This document shows, piece after piece, positions 61,436 to 64,000 of a stretch of DNA of 64,000 bases. The number at the start of each line of letters is the position of its first letter. Within the stretch, counting starts at the first letter, position 1. Where the stretch lies: the NCBI GenBank assembly GCA_030612725.1, contig JAUWNJ010000011.1:14996-78995 (forward strand). The letters run 5' to 3'. The DNA comes from Planctomycetales bacterium. GTDB taxonomy: Bacteria > Planctomycetota > Phycisphaerae > SM23-33. A program made the position numbers and the translations under genes. Under the pieces are notes generated by a model that worked only from the letters and a program-made list of their open reading frames with translations, was not told where the DNA came from and did no database searches.

Positions 61436-62551
61436 TTACCGTCCCAGGCGGGCGAGGATTTTCAGACCTTCTGCGAGTTTTTCGTTGCTGGTGGCGTAGG
61501 AGAGGCGGAAATGCGTATCCCGTTCGGAAAAGACGTTTCCGGGGATAATCAGAACGTTATTTTCAATTGCCCGTTCAACGAACTCGCTGCTGGTCATTCC
61601 CTTGGGCGCGGGTACGAATGCGTAGAACGCTCCGCCCGGTTTTATCAGGCCAAAGGGTTCAGCCAGGGCTTCCTGGACCATATCGCGCTTGCGACGGTAT
61701 TCGGCGACCTGCTGCGACATGTCGCACGCCAGTGCCGCTGCACCGGCTGCCTGGGCCATACTGGGCGCGCAGACGAAACTGTACTGCTGGAGCATGGTCA
61801 TTTTTTCGATGATTTTGACGGGTCCCGTACACCATCCCATCCGCCACCCGGTCATCGCGTAACTTTTGGAGAATCCCCGCATCAGCAGCGTGTTTTCATA
61901 CACCGACGCCATTGAGGCAAAGGGCGTATCATAGCAGAAGAGATTGTATATCTCGTCGGAGACCACCAACAATCCCGCTTGCTCGGCGACCTCGGCGACG
62001 GCTCGCAGTTCGTCGGATGAATAGACCCGTCCGGTGGGATTTCCCGGCGAGTTGACGACCAGGAGGGTCGTGCGATCTGTAACGGCGTCGGATATTCTTT
62101 CGGGATCGGGTGTAAAGTCCGGATAGGTATCGACTATAACAGTCTTACCCCCGGCGAGGTGAACAAGGTGCTTGTACATTACGAAATACGGGTCGAGGAG
62201 GATGACTTCGTCGCCGGGGTTGATAAGTGTCATAAACGCCAGAAGCAGCGCGCCGGAGACGCCTGATGTAATCAGATAAGGTTTCTGATCGTCCCATCCG
62301 AACTCTTCGGCAGCCGCCGAAGCGACGGCGGCGCGGAGGTCGGGATCGCCTTGGGTCTGGGTGTACTTGTTGAAACCCCGCTCTATGGCGGCGATGGCTT
62401 CGACCTTGGCCGGCGCGGGCACGTCAAAGTCCGGCTGGCCTATGGAAAGGTTAATCGGGTCGGGCAACTTGGCGGCCAGATCGAAGACCTTGCGGATACC
62501 CGAAGCGTCCAGCAGTTTCATCCTCTCGGCAATATGACAGCGAGTGGGCAT
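61436..62551 (-). CDS. class I/II PLP-dependent aminotransferase (aspartate/aromatic type)
   Basis: 371 aa. PLP lysine in SFSKSYAMTGWRMGW, plus NPGNPTG-like NSPGNPTG. Confidence 0.85.
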   Translation of the reverse strand: MPTRCHIAERMKLLDASGIRKVFDLAAKLPDPINLSIGQPDFDVPAPAKVEAIAAIERGFNKYTQTQGDPDLRAAVASAAAEEFGWDDQKPYLITSGVSGALLLAFMTLINPGDEVILLDPYFVMYKHLVHLAGGKTVIVDTYPDFTPDPERISDAVTDRTTLLVVNSPGNPTGRVYSSDELRAVAEVAEQAGLLVVSDEIYNLFCYDTPFASMASVYENTLLMRGFSKSYAMTGWRMGWCTGPVKIIEKMTMLQQYSFVCAPSMAQAAGAAALACDMSQQVAEYRRKRDMVQEALAEPFGLIKPGGAFYAFVPAPKGMTSSEFVERAIENNVLIIPGNVFSERDTHFRLSYATSNEKLAEGLKILARLGR

Positions 62552-62608
62552 AGATATACTCGGAGCCTACCAGCATCGCAGGCGTGAATTCGTGCATTGA
62601 GAGTCGTT

Positions 62609-62869
62609 TTATGACGAGGCGATTTCGTCGGTTTCAGCGGCTTGGTTTTGTTCACCTTCGGTGGTTTCGTCCGCGTTTTCCTCGACCTTCTTCGACTTGG
62701 TACCGGCCTTGCTGTGGCGAACCTTTACCTTGGGTAATCCAAGCGGTCGTCCGGTTTCGGGGTCGAATTTTTCTTCATCGACGAGGCGAGCAATTCTTTC
62801 CGCCCGCGTCAGGACGCTACGATTTTTTGCCAACCCGCCATGGGTTCTGAGTGTTCTGTCCATGCTCAT
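62609..62869 (-). CDS. small basic protein (TIGR04137-like)
   Basis: 86 aa from ATG 62869 (RBS aggagaag). MSMDRTLRTHGGLAKNRSVLTRAERIARLVDEEKFDPETGRPLGLPKVKV matches the remembered family pattern. Confidence 0.7.
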   Translation of the reverse strand: MSMDRTLRTHGGLAKNRSVLTRAERIARLVDEEKFDPETGRPLGLPKVKVRHSKAGTKSKKVEENADETTEGEQNQAAETDEIASS

Positions 62870-62888
62870 TGCAGTGTCTTCTCCTGTG

Positions 62889-63692
62889 TTACTTTTCAGT
62901 TTCCATCCAGATTCCGGTGTTGCTTGTTTGTTTGAAGTTATATCGACCTTTCTGTCGGCCATATTCCCGCCCAAGTCGCTCGATATGCGCGACGTATTCA
63001 GCGATGTCGGCGATAGTTTGCGCTGAGCGAATGTTCTGGAAACCGTGCATATCCTTGACCATGTATTTACGGATGCTCATCCGGTGGATCGTCGCGCTGA
63101 CACCCTTGCCGTGAAGGAACCGCTTGATGTCCCATGCTTGTTTGAGCGTATCTATACCGCCCTGGATGACGAGGTAACTATAACCCTTTGTGCGCGGTTT
63201 GTCGTTGGGGACCATCTCTGAGCCGTTCGGTTTGGGCTGGTCCGGTTTGGGCTTGGGAATTACATCCGCAGGTCCCGTACCGGACTTGATCACATTGGGA
63301 TTATGCGGCGCTTTGATTCCATCAGGTGAGGCCGAGGTATTCTGCGAATTCATTCGGCCTAGCATGTACGCCCCGATACCAAGCAGTATTATTGCCACAA
63401 ACACCACAACGGCGCTGATCTGGTTTAGGGAAATAACCAACCGTCCTGATGAAACGGATAATATCGGTTCGGCGCGTGTTGTCGTCCCTGATGGAATGGG
63501 CGTAGGCGTTACCATCGGCGAAATCTTCGCCCGCTCGATGACAGGGCGGTCATCAGTCGGGGGTTTCTGCCCGTCCTGGTCAAACCACGACGGGACGTTC
63601 ATCGACCCGCCGCTGTGCGACGCGTCGTTCCCGATAACTTCAAACAATGATTTGCCGTCTTTCTTCCTGGCCACAGGTCTGGTTCCACCCAA
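62889..63692 (-). CDS. single-pass membrane protein, possibly with a SPOR-like C-terminal domain
   Basis: 267 aa (TTG start in the track; the true start is uncertain). TM segment AVVVFVAIILLGIGAYML, a Pro-rich linker, and a C-terminal YLVIQGGIDTLKQAWDIKRFLHGKGVSATIH...YMVKDMHGF segment that is loosely SPOR-like. Confidence 0.5.
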   Translation of the reverse strand: MGGTRPVARKKDGKSLFEVIGNDASHSGGSMNVPSWFDQDGQKPPTDDRPVIERAKISPMVTPTPIPSGTTTRAEPILSVSSGRLVISLNQISAVVVFVAIILLGIGAYMLGRMNSQNTSASPDGIKAPHNPNVIKSGTGPADVIPKPKPDQPKPNGSEMVPNDKPRTKGYSYLVIQGGIDTLKQAWDIKRFLHGKGVSATIHRMSIRKYMVKDMHGFQNIRSAQTIADIAEYVAHIERLGREYGRQKGRYNFKQTSNTGIWMETEK

Positions 63693-63843
63693 TCGACTTT
63701 TTTATCCACTTGCGGTAATTACAATAGCTCCGCAGAGGACTTGAAAGATACCTTAATTACCCTGGGCTGTCAAGATACCATAAATGCGATGATTAGTTGC
63801 CTTGACGGGATATTTCGCGTAATATCATTTCAAGGTAAGAAAA

Positions 63844-63874
63844 GGGATCAGGGGCTAGGGATTTAGGGACTGGG
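63844..63874 (+). repeat. G-quadruplex-type G3 tract cluster (degenerate heptamers)
   Basis: Five G3-4 tracts are separated by 3-5 nt: GGG(63844) GGGG(63851) GGG(63858) GGG(63866) GGG(63872). It lies about 47 nt upstream of the ispD ATG and is followed by tacgccc tgcgccc. Confidence 0.8.
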
Positions 63875-63920
63875 AAAAAACGGAATCAGTCTTACGCCCT
63901 GCGCCCTGTCTGTTAATGCA

Positions 63921-64000
63921 ATGAAAGTTTCGGTGATTATTCCGGCGGCTGGGGCGTCGAAACGCTTCGGCTCGAAGAGAAAGAAAATTTTCGAGCGGAT
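63921..64000 (+). CDS. ispD: 2-C-methyl-D-erythritol 4-phosphate cytidylyltransferase, N-terminal part (runs off the right edge)
   Basis: MKVSVIIPAAGASKRFGSKRKKIFER is the typical IspD N-terminus (IIPAAG.G.RFG...K.F). Confidence 0.7.
   Translation, partial: MKVSVIIPAAGASKRFGSKRKKIFER

Overview
High-GC (roughly 55-60% by eye) bacterial chromosome fragment. It is most likely Planctomycetota, possibly Phycisphaerae-like. This rests on eight PEP-CTERM-tagged secreted proteins, a 3405-aa CARDB/dockerin surface protein opening with the LEPRxxLSA motif, a TIGR04137-type small basic protein, and polysaccharide-degrading enzymes.

Gene content from left to right:
- pcm (partial), a DUF62 SAM hydroxide adenosyltransferase, an orphan promoter/terminator-bounded small RNA candidate, and a HAD hydrolase.
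- cysK-iscU-iscS, divergent from an Rrf2/IscR-like regulator.
- The giant adhesin/protease-like gene plus a PEP-CTERM gene.
- An IS3 transposase remnant and a truncated copy of tRNA-Ser.
- A histidine kinase and sigma54 response regulator pair, a heparinase II/III-like lyase, and a GH39-like hydrolase.
- A NuoE/NuoF-type flavin/Fe-S module joined to a GltB-like FMN protein, behind a sigma54-type promoter.
- The intact tRNA-Ser(UGA), an SPL-like radical SAM gene, and a RelE-type toxin-antitoxin pair in an AT-rich patch.
- A ~15-kb minus-strand phage-like block (about 33.4-47.7 kb).
- Housekeeping genes (purB, murD, two M16 peptidases, folC, an aminotransferase, ispD partial), interleaved with PEP-CTERM genes.

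The phage-like block is translationally coupled and holds portal, scaffold, HK97-type capsid, connector, tail/receptor-binding and holin/spanin-like genes. It has no terminase, integrase, repressor or replication gene.

Most notable non-standard signals:
- The terminase-less particle operon, with twin perfect palindromes and a 29-bp hairpin upstream of the portal gene.
- Tandem heptamer (G-quadruplex-type) arrays inside that operon, including inverted (AATCCGC)n blocks that bracket the 5' part of the putative receptor-binding gene.
- A diverged 126-bp duplication of the tRNA-Ser 5' half plus its upstream region, bracketing a 12.5-kb segment.
- A conserved ~350-nt promoter-plus-leader element heading two PEP-CTERM operons.

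All functional calls come from reading motifs by eye. No database search was run.
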